A DNA stretch of 64,000 bases from Eledone cirrhosa (lineage: Eukaryota), in NCBI GenBank assembly GCA_964016885.1, contig OZ024742.1, positions 29,202,001 through 29,266,000 on the forward strand, given 5' to 3'. A model generated the notes under the pieces. That model did no database searches, was not told the origin of the DNA, and saw nothing but the letters and a program-made list of their open reading frames with translations. The translations under genes were made by a program, and so were the position numbers. Below, one piece after another: positions 24,335-34,736 of this stretch (the first letter of the stretch is position 1; each line of letters starts with the position of its first letter).

Positions 24335-26245
24335 TTACTTACCTTCCGGGGTCTTGTGAAGGTCGGGTGGTTCGACCTCCATGGTTTGTGGGGTTTCTTT
24401 TGGGAACCCCTTTAATAGTCTTGACGTGGGTTTTACGTTCGGGGTTCCCACATCCCGAGGAAAGCTCTTTCGAATTTCTTTGTATGAAGCGAGCGACATT
24501 CGCATCAGAAGCAAATTATCTGGTACGCGAAATGTGCTCGCTTCAAATGTTTCCCCGTCTTTTTCGATGTTTGTGCTTCGTGCTACATGGGCCATCAATT
24601 CCTTGTTGGCCCTTCTGGCAAGCACGAAGTTTTTAATGTTTTGTTGCTCGGGTTTTATTTGTTCGTGTGATTGTGGTGGTGATAGCTTTGTTAGTGTTGT
24701 TTCTATTGTGTCTGCGTTTGTTGTGGGTGGGGTGTCTGTAGTTTCTGATGTTTGTGTGTCTATTTGTTCTTGTGTCTGTTTAGCTTGTTTGCGTTTGGGG
24801 GATTTTGGTGGTTGTGTTGGTGATGCTGTGGGGAAAATGTTTGTGTGGGTGGTGTGTGTATTTTTTTTTGTGGGGGTGTTTGTGCTTTGTGGATTTCTTT
24901 TTTTTGTGTGTTTTGTTTTTTGTATTTTGGGGGACTTTGGTTTTCCCTCATCTTCACTGCTGGAGGATGAGGGGTCTGTGGCTGTGAGCGTGTTTGTGTC
25001 TGAGTGAGTGTTTATGTTCTTGTTCGTGTGTGTATTTTGGGGGGGAGGGGGAATGGGAGAGCTTTCCTCGTTTCCCCCCTGGGTGTGCAATTTTGGTGGT
25101 TCCATTGTTGACGGTGTTGCTGGTGGTCCTTGTCCCGGCGTCGCCAGCAGTGGAATCTTTCGACCCCTTGCGCTTTTCGGCAGTTGAGGGCAGAAGGCTC
25201 GCAAGTGTGTCGTTTCCCCACAAAGGAAACAATGCGGCCTTTTGCCCTCAGTCATTATATGCAACACCCTCCCGTTTTGGAGGCGGATGTGGTCCGGGAT
25301 TGTTTTTACGTTTTCGGGTCTGATTTGGAGCAGTATCTCCAGATCAACCCCGGACCAGTCGTCCCTGGCAGTTCTCGTTGCCTCTACCGGGACTGTATCC
25401 GTTCCTTCCACGATTACGCAACCCAGGAGCCACCACATATCAAGTCCTGGTGGAATCCTGGGAATGCGCACACGTGCTATTCGTTTTCCCATGTGGGAGG
25501 GGTACATTATGACCTTGCTGGTTTTGCAAGGGGTCATTGAATGCTTCACAGCGAGGGCTTCAGACTTGAACAGCACCGAAACGGTGCCGTATTGCCTGCC
25601 CCTCTCTATGAAGTCTGTGTCCTCTCTGATGTATTTCAGTGCGGCTTCTATGTCAGCTTGGGCGATTATCGCTGCCCTCTTTGTCTCTACTGAGATGCAT
25701 CTGAAATGCACCGTTCTTTTTTCCACTGCCTCAATGGCTTCTGCCGGGACAGTTAAGTTTGCCCAGGTCTGCTCTTGATTTATGATTTTCCAGGCCTGGG
25801 CCAACTTTTCCTCTCTGTTGGTTAAGTCGATGCTGTAGCATGGTCTCCTTTTAGCCGCTGCCACAGCAGCGAAAGTGTTCTTGTTGGTGTTGTCACTGTT
25901 GTTGTTCTTGTTGGTGTTGCTGCTGCTATTGCTGTTGTTGTTCTCCCCTGTGTCGTGGTTACCCTCTGTGCTGTTGGCCTTGTTGGTGCTGTTGCTGTCG
26001 CTACTATTACTCTCTGTGCTGTTCGTTTTGTTGGTGCTCTCGTTATTACCACCTTCTGCGCTGTTCGGCTTGTTGGTGTTGGTGTTGTCGCTGTTACCAC
26101 CTTCCGCGCCGCTCGGCCCGTTGGTGCTGGCACTGTCGCTGCTCACATTCGTGCTGGTGGCGCTCCTCGCCTCACCTCTCCTCTCAACGCTCAAGTCGCC
26201 GTTGCACGACAGCAGACCCGCCTCTAGGGGGCGTGGCTCCGCCAT
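24335..26245 (-). CDS. Tx1-like ORF1p (low-complexity N/S/T N-terminus, central folded domain, zinc knuckle), 636 aa
   Basis: CFLCGETTHLRAFC; lies directly upstream of ORF2. Confidence 0.93.
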   Translation of the reverse strand: MAEPRPLEAGLLSCNGDLSVERRGEARSATSTNVSSDSASTNGPSGAEGGNSDNTNTNKPNSAEGGNNESTNKTNSTESNSSDSNSTNKANSTEGNHDTGENNNSNSSSNTNKNNNSDNTNKNTFAAVAAAKRRPCYSIDLTNREEKLAQAWKIINQEQTWANLTVPAEAIEAVEKRTVHFRCISVETKRAAIIAQADIEAALKYIREDTDFIERGRQYGTVSVLFKSEALAVKHSMTPCKTSKVIMYPSHMGKRIARVRIPRIPPGLDMWWLLGCVIVEGTDTVPVEATRTARDDWSGVDLEILLQIRPENVKTIPDHIRLQNGRVLHIMTEGKRPHCFLCGETTHLRAFCPQLPKSARGRKIPLLATPGQGPPATPSTMEPPKLHTQGGNEESSPIPPPPQNTHTNKNINTHSDTNTLTATDPSSSSSEDEGKPKSPKIQKTKHTKKRNPQSTNTPTKKNTHTTHTNIFPTASPTQPPKSPKRKQAKQTQEQIDTQTSETTDTPPTTNADTIETTLTKLSPPQSHEQIKPEQQNIKNFVLARRANKELMAHVARSTNIEKDGETFEASTFRVPDNLLLMRMSLASYKEIRKSFPRDVGTPNVKPTSRLLKGFPKETPQTMEVEPPDLHKTPEGK

Positions 26246-26730
26246 GTTTTTTTGAGAAAAAAATTTTTTTTTTTTTTTTCAAAATAAAGTTCAAATATTT
26301 GGGCCAAAAGGCCCAAATATTATGAGTTATTCCTTCACAGGATACAAATTAATGTCTTATAATGCTTCAGCGGTACAAAAAATAAACAATTCTCTACAAT
26401 TAATCCTCAAAAAATGGCTTACTCACGGAGCTTCAAAAAACGTACATCCACTTTCGTCAATAATAATAATAATAATGATTTCATTTATTGGCCACAAGGG
26501 CCGACATATAGGGGACAACACAATAGACAGGGACAGTGGGGGTTTACATAGAGATCGAGTAAGTATAAATAACAAAAAAAACAAAATAACAATAAAAATA
26601 CAACAATGAAAGTTCCCCAATAAGAGGGATCACCACCCAGGGTTGACTCAAGCACCCCACCAGTCCTGAGCCACCCGACGCTCCTAGGGCACCCGGGAAG
26701 GGCACCCCTCTCCTTCTCGAATTCACCAGC

Positions 26731-29700
26731 CTACAGGCGCATGATCAGAGTAGGCCCACTCACGCGGGCCATTCTCGCCACATTCACCCACCTTTCAGTA
26801 AATGTACTGGGGGGCAGCACTTCTCTCTCCACCCTCACCTTCCTTTCCAAGTGAAACTTGAAGAAGTTGATGAGGGATTGGCCGAAGAGAAAAGTGTCTG
26901 TCTTCAGTCCTTTCAACCTGGTCCACCATGCAACCTCTTTCGCTACTGCCACCAGGCAGAGGAAAATTGCCTGCCCTTCCTGACCAAAAGAAGGCGGCGG
27001 GTCAATCTTCACTATGGACTCGGACGATAGCCGGATCCGTTCTACACGCGACAATAGCTGTTCGACATAACCCCACAAGTCAGCAATGCACGGACACTGG
27101 ACGAGTGCGTGCAGAACGGTTTCGTCGCTCTGCGCGCATCTCGGGCAGGTTCGTCTGACAGCACTTCCGTGCCTGTAGAGTTTATCCCGAACCGGCAGCG
27201 CCCCCCGGTAGCACTGCCAAGCGAGGGATTTCTGGAAGTTATCCATCGTCCCCGGCTCGAAAGTCCTCCGGAACATACTGGTCAGTTCTACTTCGTTGAC
27301 GCCCAGAGCCTCTCCTAGTACGTCATCGCACTTGCCCTCCACTAATCCTCTATAGAAATCTTGAGTGGAAGTTCCACTGACCGCATTGCCCACCTTGCAG
27401 AGTGCAGTGAGCGCCTGGCAACATTCCAGATGCCAGTCGCCCAGTCTCGGTCTCTTCTTGACCCAGGACTGCAGCTCAGTCAAAGAGATGAGCTGCGGAA
27501 AGGCCCGTCTAACAAACGGCGACCACACCTGTTCACCGTTTAGGCAAAATATCTGGAGATGTCGCAGCCTCAGCGCATGTCTGCGCATCATTAGCCACGG
27601 CATGCCCAGCCCTCCACGAAGAGGGTGCTGGCAGCAGATGGACCGCCTCACCAACGGGACCCGTCCCCTCCACAAAAATTTGAAAAGGAGCCGTTCCAAA
27701 TTGGCGAGGCGTGGACGGGGGCAAGGCACGACGGTCAGGCGGTAGTAGATGACGGACGCGATGTACGCGTTCGCCACCTCCGCCCGCCCTTTCAGTGATA
27801 GCTTTCTCTCAGCCCATTTCTGGGTGAGGTTGGCTATCCTGCTCGTCACCTCGTCCCAATTCTTATCCACCTGGAGGTCTGGTCCGAACCAAACCCCGAG
27901 CAACTTTACCGGTCCGTCTGTCCAGCGCCCAACGACGCTGTTGGACGGCATGGACTTGCCTCTCCAGGTGCCGAGCTGCAAGCCCACCGACTTTTCCGGG
28001 TTAAGTTTTGCTCCCGTCAACCTTTCATATTCCTCCAAATGGGTGCGGATCACCTCGATTTCCGAGGTGTCCGACACCATCACGGTGATGTCGTCCGCAT
28101 AAGCGGACGCAGCCTTTCTACGTCCCGGTTCGAGCGGGATGCCCTGCAACAACTCCAGCTTCCGCAGTAGAGGCTCAAGAGTCAATACGTACAGAAGTGA
28201 GGAGAGAGGGCACCCTTGACGGACCGATCGAGAGATCTGAAACGGTTCCGAGAGGTGGCCATTAACTTTGACCACCGAGCGGATGCCGCTGTACATTGCA
28301 GCGATCCAGCTTCTGAAGACGGGGCCGAAGCCAGCCGCCTCGAGGACAGCCTCCAAGTACCGATGGTCGACCCTATCGAATGCTTTCGATTGATCTAAAT
28401 TGATCAGAGCCCCACCGAAGCCAGGTTTGCACCCAACCCTCTCTATGATGTATCGCATGAGGTGGAGGTTGTCGTGTATGGACCTGGTCGGGATTGCGCA
28501 AGTTTGCGCCTCCCCAACCAAATCTTTGACGACAAGCGCCAACCTTTTCGCTAACACCTTGGCCAAAATCTTAAACTCTGTGTTGAGCAGGGTTATGGGC
28601 CTGAAATTATCTAGTGTGTCCCTCTTGTTCTCGTCTTTCCTTATCAGCGTCACTACGCCACGGCTCACAGAACTGGGAATGCTCCCGTTCTGCTGCCAGT
28701 TGCAGTAGAGCGCTTCGAGGAGATCGGAGAACAAGTCTGGCATATTTACGTAAAGCTCGTAGGGCAGACCATCCAAACCGGGTGACTTGCGACTCGAGCA
28801 GCCGACAAGGGCGTCCTGAATTTCGGCTGATGTTATCGGCTCTTCGCAGCGCTCAGCGTCGGCCGTCGAGAGGCGTGGCAAGCCGTCGAGGTAGGGACTG
28901 AAGTCCGCCGCCGTCTCCGACTCACCCATCCTCCCGAACAATCGAGCAAAGTGCTGGCGAAAGGCCTCACACATCTGCTTGGAATCGCTCAGTTCGTGTC
29001 CATCTCGATCCGTCAAAGACCGAATTGTGGTTTTATTTCCACGCTGCGTCTCTGCAAAGCGAGCCCATCGGGCAGCTTTGGTTCCCTCGTTCCTCAGAGC
29101 ACGCGCCTTAGCTCTGACAATGCAACCTTCGTGTTTCGCATTGAAGAAATGGTCTAGTGCCATTCTCGCCGCTAGCACGTCTGTTGCAATGCCACTACAA
29201 ATAGCCTCGTCTAACTTAGCTATCAGCCCCTCCTCCTTTCTATTTTTCTCTATTGCTACTTCTTTGCTAAATCCTATCGAGGTTGCTCTAATCTCTCTTT
29301 TGAGTGCCCCCCACCACCTGTTGTTGACAACCCCCCCTGTCAACTTTTTCTTAACTAAGTTGTTGACCCGGTCCCTGTAAGCTTTACGTGCCGGAAACGA
29401 CATGTTTAGCTTCCAGTAGCTAGGTCCTAACCTACGTGTCTTATCTAGGTCGACCATACAGATCACAAGCTTGTGATCTGAATAGGCAACCGTTTTAAAA
29501 TGTGGACATCCTACACTATTTCTATCTCTTTTCCTAATGAAAATCCTATCTATGTACGATCTAGATGACCCTATGCGATTGGTCCAGGTCCATACTGGCG
29601 CATTAGGGAAATCTAGTCGGTACCTGTCAGACAGTTGAAACTGGCTGATCAGGTACTTGAGGCTTTTGCACCCCCCGCTCCTATCAGATACTCCCACACA

Positions 29701-30150
29701 ATCCCAGCGTGCTTCTAAGATGCCATTCCAATCCCCTATTAACAGTAAAGGGCGAGACGTAAGCAGAAAGTTTTCCAGGCGCCTAAAGAAGTCCGGCCGA
29801 CCGGCCCCAGTAGGGGCGTAGACGGCCACCAGTCTAAAGGCACCACCTTCGCTATTGCTCACGTCCAGGACCACCAACTTTCCGTCAGGATCCCGGAAGA
29901 TTGACCTTACCTCGAGATCCAGACATTTCCTAAACAGCACAGCCACTCCACCTCCCATTCCCGGCCGACTAACAGATGCAAAGATCTGATAATCGTCGAA
30001 AATCGGCGCCAGTGCGCGTGTGTCGGAAATTCTGGTCTCGCTGATGGCAATTACATCCATTCCTAGTGACCTGAGGTCGTTGAGCAAGTGACCTTGCTTC
30101 CAGGGCGACCCCAGGCCACGAACATTTAAACTTCCTACTCTTATGGCCAT
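26731..30150 (-). CDS. Tx1-like ORF2p, 1139 aa (same protein as element C)
   Basis: Same motifs and translation as 20886-24305. Confidence 0.97.
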   Translation of the reverse strand: MAIRVGSLNVRGLGSPWKQGHLLNDLRSLGMDVIAISETRISDTRALAPIFDDYQIFASVSRPGMGGGVAVLFRKCLDLEVRSIFRDPDGKLVVLDVSNSEGGAFRLVAVYAPTGAGRPDFFRRLENFLLTSRPLLLIGDWNGILEARWDCVGVSDRSGGCKSLKYLISQFQLSDRYRLDFPNAPVWTWTNRIGSSRSYIDRIFIRKRDRNSVGCPHFKTVAYSDHKLVICMVDLDKTRRLGPSYWKLNMSFPARKAYRDRVNNLVKKKLTGGVVNNRWWGALKREIRATSIGFSKEVAIEKNRKEEGLIAKLDEAICSGIATDVLAARMALDHFFNAKHEGCIVRAKARALRNEGTKAARWARFAETQRGNKTTIRSLTDRDGHELSDSKQMCEAFRQHFARLFGRMGESETAADFSPYLDGLPRLSTADAERCEEPITSAEIQDALVGCSSRKSPGLDGLPYELYVNMPDLFSDLLEALYCNWQQNGSIPSSVSRGVVTLIRKDENKRDTLDNFRPITLLNTEFKILAKVLAKRLALVVKDLVGEAQTCAIPTRSIHDNLHLMRYIIERVGCKPGFGGALINLDQSKAFDRVDHRYLEAVLEAAGFGPVFRSWIAAMYSGIRSVVKVNGHLSEPFQISRSVRQGCPLSSLLYVLTLEPLLRKLELLQGIPLEPGRRKAASAYADDITVMVSDTSEIEVIRTHLEEYERLTGAKLNPEKSVGLQLGTWRGKSMPSNSVVGRWTDGPVKLLGVWFGPDLQVDKNWDEVTSRIANLTQKWAERKLSLKGRAEVANAYIASVIYYRLTVVPCPRPRLANLERLLFKFLWRGRVPLVRRSICCQHPLRGGLGMPWLMMRRHALRLRHLQIFCLNGEQVWSPFVRRAFPQLISLTELQSWVKKRPRLGDWHLECCQALTALCKVGNAVSGTSTQDFYRGLVEGKCDDVLGEALGVNEVELTSMFRRTFEPGTMDNFQKSLAWQCYRGALPVRDKLYRHGSAVRRTCPRCAQSDETVLHALVQCPCIADLWGYVEQLLSRVERIRLSSESIVKIDPPPSFGQEGQAIFLCLVAVAKEVAWWTRLKGLKTDTFLFGQSLINFFKFHLERKVRVEREVLPPSTFTERWVNVARMARVSGPTLIMRL

Positions 30151-30179
30151 GCTGGCAGGATGAATGGGAGAGGAAAGGT

Positions 30180-32090
30180 TTACTTACCTTCCGGGGTCTT
30201 GTGAAGGTCGGGTGGTTCGACCTCCATGGTTTGTGGGGTTTCTTTTGGGAACCCCTTTAATAGTCTTGACGTGGGTTTTACGTTCGGGGTTCCCACATCC
30301 CGAGGAAAGCTCTTTCGAATTTCTTTGTATGAAGCGAGCGACATTCGCATCAGAAGCAAATTATCTGGTACGCGAAATGTGCTCGCTTCAAATGTTTCCC
30401 CGTCTTTTTCGATGTTTGTGCTTCGTGCTACATGGGCCATCAATTCCTTGTTGGCCCTTCTGGCAAGCACGAAGTTTTTAATGTTTTGTTGCTCGGGTTT
30501 TATTTGTTCGTGTGATTGTGGTGGTGATAGCTTTGTTAGTGTTGTTTCTATTGTGTCTGCGTTTGTTGTGGGTGGGGTGTCTGTAGTTTCTGATGTTTGT
30601 GTGTCTATTTGTTCTTGTGTCTGTTTAGCTTGTTTGCGTTTGGGGGATTTTGGTGGTTGTGTTGGTGATGCTGTGGGGAAAATGTTTGTGTGGGTGGTGT
30701 GTGTATTTTTTTTTGTGGGGGTGTTTGTGCTTTGTGGATTTCTTTTTTTTGTGTGTTTTGTTTTTTGTATTTTGGGGGACTTTGGTTTTCCCTCATCTTC
30801 ACTGCTGGAGGATGAGGGGTCTGTGGCTGTGAGCGTGTTTGTGTCTGAGTGAGTGTTTATGTTCTTGTTCGTGTGTGTATTTTGGGGGGGAGGGGGAATG
30901 GGAGAGCTTTCCTCGTTTCCCCCCTGGGTGTGCAATTTTGGTGGTTCCATTGTTGACGGTGTTGCTGGTGGTCCTTGTCCCGGCGTCGCCAGCAGTGGAA
31001 TCTTTCGACCCCTTGCGCTTTTCGGCAGTTGAGGGCAGAAGGCTCGCAAGTGTGTCGTTTCCCCACAAAGGAAACAATGCGGCCTTTTGCCCTCAGTCAT
31101 TATATGCAACACCCTCCCGTTTTGGAGGCGGATGTGGTCCGGGATTGTTTTTACGTTTTCGGGTCTGATTTGGAGCAGTATCTCCAGATCAACCCCGGAC
31201 CAGTCGTCCCTGGCAGTTCTCGTTGCCTCTACCGGGACTGTATCCGTTCCTTCCACGATTACGCAACCCAGGAGCCACCACATATCAAGTCCTGGTGGAA
31301 TCCTGGGAATGCGCACACGTGCTATTCGTTTTCCCATGTGGGAGGGGTACATTATGACCTTGCTGGTTTTGCAAGGGGTCATTGAATGCTTCACAGCGAG
31401 GGCTTCAGACTTGAACAGCACCGAAACGGTGCCGTATTGCCTGCCCCTCTCTATGAAGTCTGTGTCCTCTCTGATGTATTTCAGTGCGGCTTCTATGTCA
31501 GCTTGGGCGATTATCGCTGCCCTCTTTGTCTCTACTGAGATGCATCTGAAATGCACCGTTCTTTTTTCCACTGCCTCAATGGCTTCTGCCGGGACAGTTA
31601 AGTTTGCCCAGGTCTGCTCTTGATTTATGATTTTCCAGGCCTGGGCCAACTTTTCCTCTCTGTTGGTTAAGTCGATGCTGTAGCATGGTCTCCTTTTAGC
31701 CGCTGCCACAGCAGCGAAAGTGTTCTTGTTGGTGTTGTCACTGTTGTTGTTCTTGTTGGTGTTGCTGCTGCTATTGCTGTTGTTGTTCTCCCCTGTGTCG
31801 TGGTTACCCTCTGTGCTGTTGGCCTTGTTGGTGCTGTTGCTGTCGCTACTATTACTCTCTGTGCTGTTCGTTTTGTTGGTGCTCTCGTTATTACCACCTT
31901 CTGCGCTGTTCGGCTTGTTGGTGTTGGTGTTGTCGCTGTTACCACCTTCCGCGCCGCTCGGCCCGTTGGTGCTGGCACTGTCGCTGCTCACATTCGTGCT
32001 GGTGGCGCTCCTCGCCTCACCTCTCCTCTCAACGCTCAAGTCGCCGTTGCACGACAGCAGACCCGCCTCTAGGGGGCGTGGCTCCGCCAT
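30180..32090 (-). CDS. Tx1-like ORF1p, 636 aa (same protein as element C)
   Basis: Same translation as 24335-26245. Confidence 0.93.
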   Translation of the reverse strand: MAEPRPLEAGLLSCNGDLSVERRGEARSATSTNVSSDSASTNGPSGAEGGNSDNTNTNKPNSAEGGNNESTNKTNSTESNSSDSNSTNKANSTEGNHDTGENNNSNSSSNTNKNNNSDNTNKNTFAAVAAAKRRPCYSIDLTNREEKLAQAWKIINQEQTWANLTVPAEAIEAVEKRTVHFRCISVETKRAAIIAQADIEAALKYIREDTDFIERGRQYGTVSVLFKSEALAVKHSMTPCKTSKVIMYPSHMGKRIARVRIPRIPPGLDMWWLLGCVIVEGTDTVPVEATRTARDDWSGVDLEILLQIRPENVKTIPDHIRLQNGRVLHIMTEGKRPHCFLCGETTHLRAFCPQLPKSARGRKIPLLATPGQGPPATPSTMEPPKLHTQGGNEESSPIPPPPQNTHTNKNINTHSDTNTLTATDPSSSSSEDEGKPKSPKIQKTKHTKKRNPQSTNTPTKKNTHTTHTNIFPTASPTQPPKSPKRKQAKQTQEQIDTQTSETTDTPPTTNADTIETTLTKLSPPQSHEQIKPEQQNIKNFVLARRANKELMAHVARSTNIEKDGETFEASTFRVPDNLLLMRMSLASYKEIRKSFPRDVGTPNVKPTSRLLKGFPKETPQTMEVEPPDLHKTPEGK

Positions 32091-32454
32091 GTTTTTTTGA
32101 GAAAAAAATTTTTTTTTTTTTTTTCAAAATAAAGTTCAAATATTTGGGCCAAAAGGCCCAAATATTATGAGTTATTCCTTCACAGGATACAAATTAATGT
32201 CTTATAATGCTTCAGCGGTACAAAAAATAAACAATTCTCTACAATTAATCCTCAAAAAATGGCTTACTCACGGAGCTTCAAAAAACGTACATCCACTTTC
32301 GTCAATAATAATAATAATAATAATAATAGTACACTATTAATGATTATTAATGCATTCGTGACGAATATTTTTAAAGTGAGGAAAGACTGTGCACTGAGCC
32401 AATCCCACTCTCTGAGCGACAGTAGCTATAACCCGAAAAGAAGAAAAGATCAAC

Positions 32455-32580
32455 ATCATCGCAGGTTTTATGTCGGAGTTAACCCAGTTTCCTGAGATGC
32501 CTTCTCCTAGAAGAATTCCCTGACAAGGGCTAGGGGTTCTTCACTCCCAGTGGTTTAACTGCGCGATCGGGCATCCAGCC
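32455..32580 (-). mobile_element. Fragment resembling an RTE-type 5' UTR
   Basis: TTCTCCTAGAA..TTCCCTGACAAGGGCTAGGGG...CTCCCAGTG also present at ~61770-61820. Confidence 0.4.
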
Positions 32581-32721
32581 CGATTATTTCTATGTCCCCG
32601 CGCAAAAAAAAATCACTTATTGACACTTATACGTACGACATACACACACCCGCATACATATGCGCGCACACAGCAACACTCATACATACAGACAAACACA
32701 CACACGCAACTCTACTCACTT

Positions 32722-32755
<34 letters not shown>

Positions 32756-32860
32756 TACCGTCATTACTGATACAAGATTACAAGATTATGTCAACTGTTG
32801 ACTTTCAAGAGTTTGTATAGTTGAAGCCGATCGTACTACAGTCCAGTATTATTATAATTG

Positions 32861-32968
32861 CTTTACAGCATAGAGTCACGGCCCTCCACGCTCTGAGCTC
32901 AAATCCCGCCGAGGTCAACCTTGCCTTCCATCCGCACGGAGTCAACAAAAGAGAGTACCAGTGATGCG
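32861..32968 (+). mobile_element. tRNA-derived SINE fragment (same family as 1311-1488)
   Basis: GAGCTCAAATCCCGCCGAGGTCAACCTTGCCTTCCATCC...GAGTACCAGT. Confidence 0.7.
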
Positions 32969-33078
32969 GTAGAATGTGGAAGACATACATACATATACAT
33001 ACATACATGCATACATACATACATACATACATACATACATACATACATACATACATACATACATACATACATACATAC

Positions 33079-34260
33079 AAGTCTATCTGCACGAAATAGA
33101 TAAGATCATGAGAGTTGGGAAGGAACTCCTCGGGAGATATTCCCTGTATGATAATCAAAAACTCACACCCAGAGATGTCACTCAGCAGTATCGCAGTGAA
33201 TCCATGGATGAAAAACTGCATGCTTATCAGCAAAAAATCATGCATGGATATGTTGCCAGGAAGCTCCAGAGTGAGAGTAATATAGATAAGGAAAGTAGTC
33301 TATCTTGGACCAACAACCGCTATATTGGCTCCCACTTTGAAGGATACGCTTTTGCAATCCAAGAACAGGAGATTAACACGAAATACCTGATTCACAAAAG
33401 AGATAGGAATGCAGGCAAAACACCTAGATGTGATAACAAGTTCAGACACTGCAGAACTATCATCGAGGATATCACCCATGTCATCAGCAGCTGTCCAAAG
33501 ATGTCATCGCAGTACTATCTACCTATGAGGCATGATGTAGTGGCCAAAACACTGTACAATAGGTTCATAAAAAGGATAGCCCCGATGATAAACACATTAA
33601 AAGCTACAGCAATGTGGAAGACATCCATGTACATAATATGAAAGATTACTGGTAGAATGTCCCAGTAAAAACCCCGATAAAACACAGGCATAACAGACCA
33701 GATATTATGATATGGGACCGGGAGAAGAAAGCATGCACAGTAGTGGTAATTAGCTGCTCAGCAGATGCCAATATAATGTCAAAGATTAACGAAAAGGGGA
33801 ATATTTATGCAGAACTGATGAGAAATCTGCAGATACTCCACCCTGATTACACCTTCAAATTTATGCCTGTGATTATTGGGGTACTGGGATATGTTAGTAA
33901 CTGCCTCAATACAAATCTTGATAAGCTAGGCTTCACTGGAACAGAAAAAACACAACTAGTTAGGAAATTACAAATACAATGCATTAATGGAACAGTAAAA
34001 ATATGTAAAACATTCCAAAAATGTTGCATCTAATAACTGCATATACACATATACAGATGCAAAGCATGTACACATGCACACATACAACTCAAAACATACA
34101 CATCCAGATATACAATAACATCCATATCTACACATGCATGCATACATACATATCTACCTAGTTGATGTGTAAATTCCAATGAGAGAGTCTTGTGTCCATG
34201 TTAGAAACCGACTCTCTCTCTATTGGTAAAACTTTGTGAAATTATAAAACCAGAAGAGCA
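33079..34260 (+). mobile_element. 5'-truncated R4/Dong-like non-LTR element (RLE endonuclease) in (CATA)n
   Basis: AIQEQEINTK, RHC...EDITHVISSCP, RHDVVA, HNRPDI.IWD, FMPVIIG.LG; 3' UTR stem CCAATGAGAGAGTC/GACTCTCTCTCTATTGG; (CATA)n on both sides. Confidence 0.85.
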
Positions 34261-34736
34261 TACATACATACATACATACATACATACATACATACATACA
34301 TACATACATACATACATACATACATACATACTTACAACGAGTTTTCAAACTGAACCAATGAAACAGTAAGACGGTATTATATGGTAAAGTGATGATGTTA
34401 AAAATGTGACGCAGCTGTCATATTTTACTTGTATATTCCTGTAGACCTGGCTTGCATTTTCTACTTTTTAATTGTGGCTTACTGTGTAGTTCCCTCTAGG
34501 CATATCACACCACGTGTTGTGTTGTTCTCTTCATTGCCTTGTCTCGAATCCTTCGTCGTATAACACGGCAAAAAAGAACTCGTAAACGCGTATATAAAGA
34601 AAATATTCACACCTACCGTATACATACATGCATACATACATACATACATACATACATACATACATGCATACATACATACATACATACATACATACATACA
34701 TACATACATACATACATACATACATACATACATACA

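Larger units (their letters stand above)
20615..26458 (-). mobile_element. Tx1/L1-clade element C, full length and intact
   Basis: Intact ORF1 and ORF2, 5' UTR, 3' UTR with AATAAA and (ATT)6 tail; (AAT)6 on both sides. Confidence 0.96.
26459..32303 (-). mobile_element. Tx1/L1-clade element D, full length, intact, near-identical tandem copy of C (period ~5845 bp)
   Basis: Identical translations; (AAT)6 at 3' side, (AAT)8 at 5' flank (32304-32327). Confidence 0.96.

Noticed and set aside
24306-24342. 36-nt mini-intron fusing ORF1 to ORF2
   Set aside because: ORF1 and ORF2 are in different frames and removing 36 nt does not join them; very short; no AG acceptor in element B
18541-32100. Antisense (+) ORFs over the Tx1 elements (V/G/L-rich)
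   Set aside because: Shadow frames of C/A-rich ORF1 and GC-rich ORF2; no independent motifs
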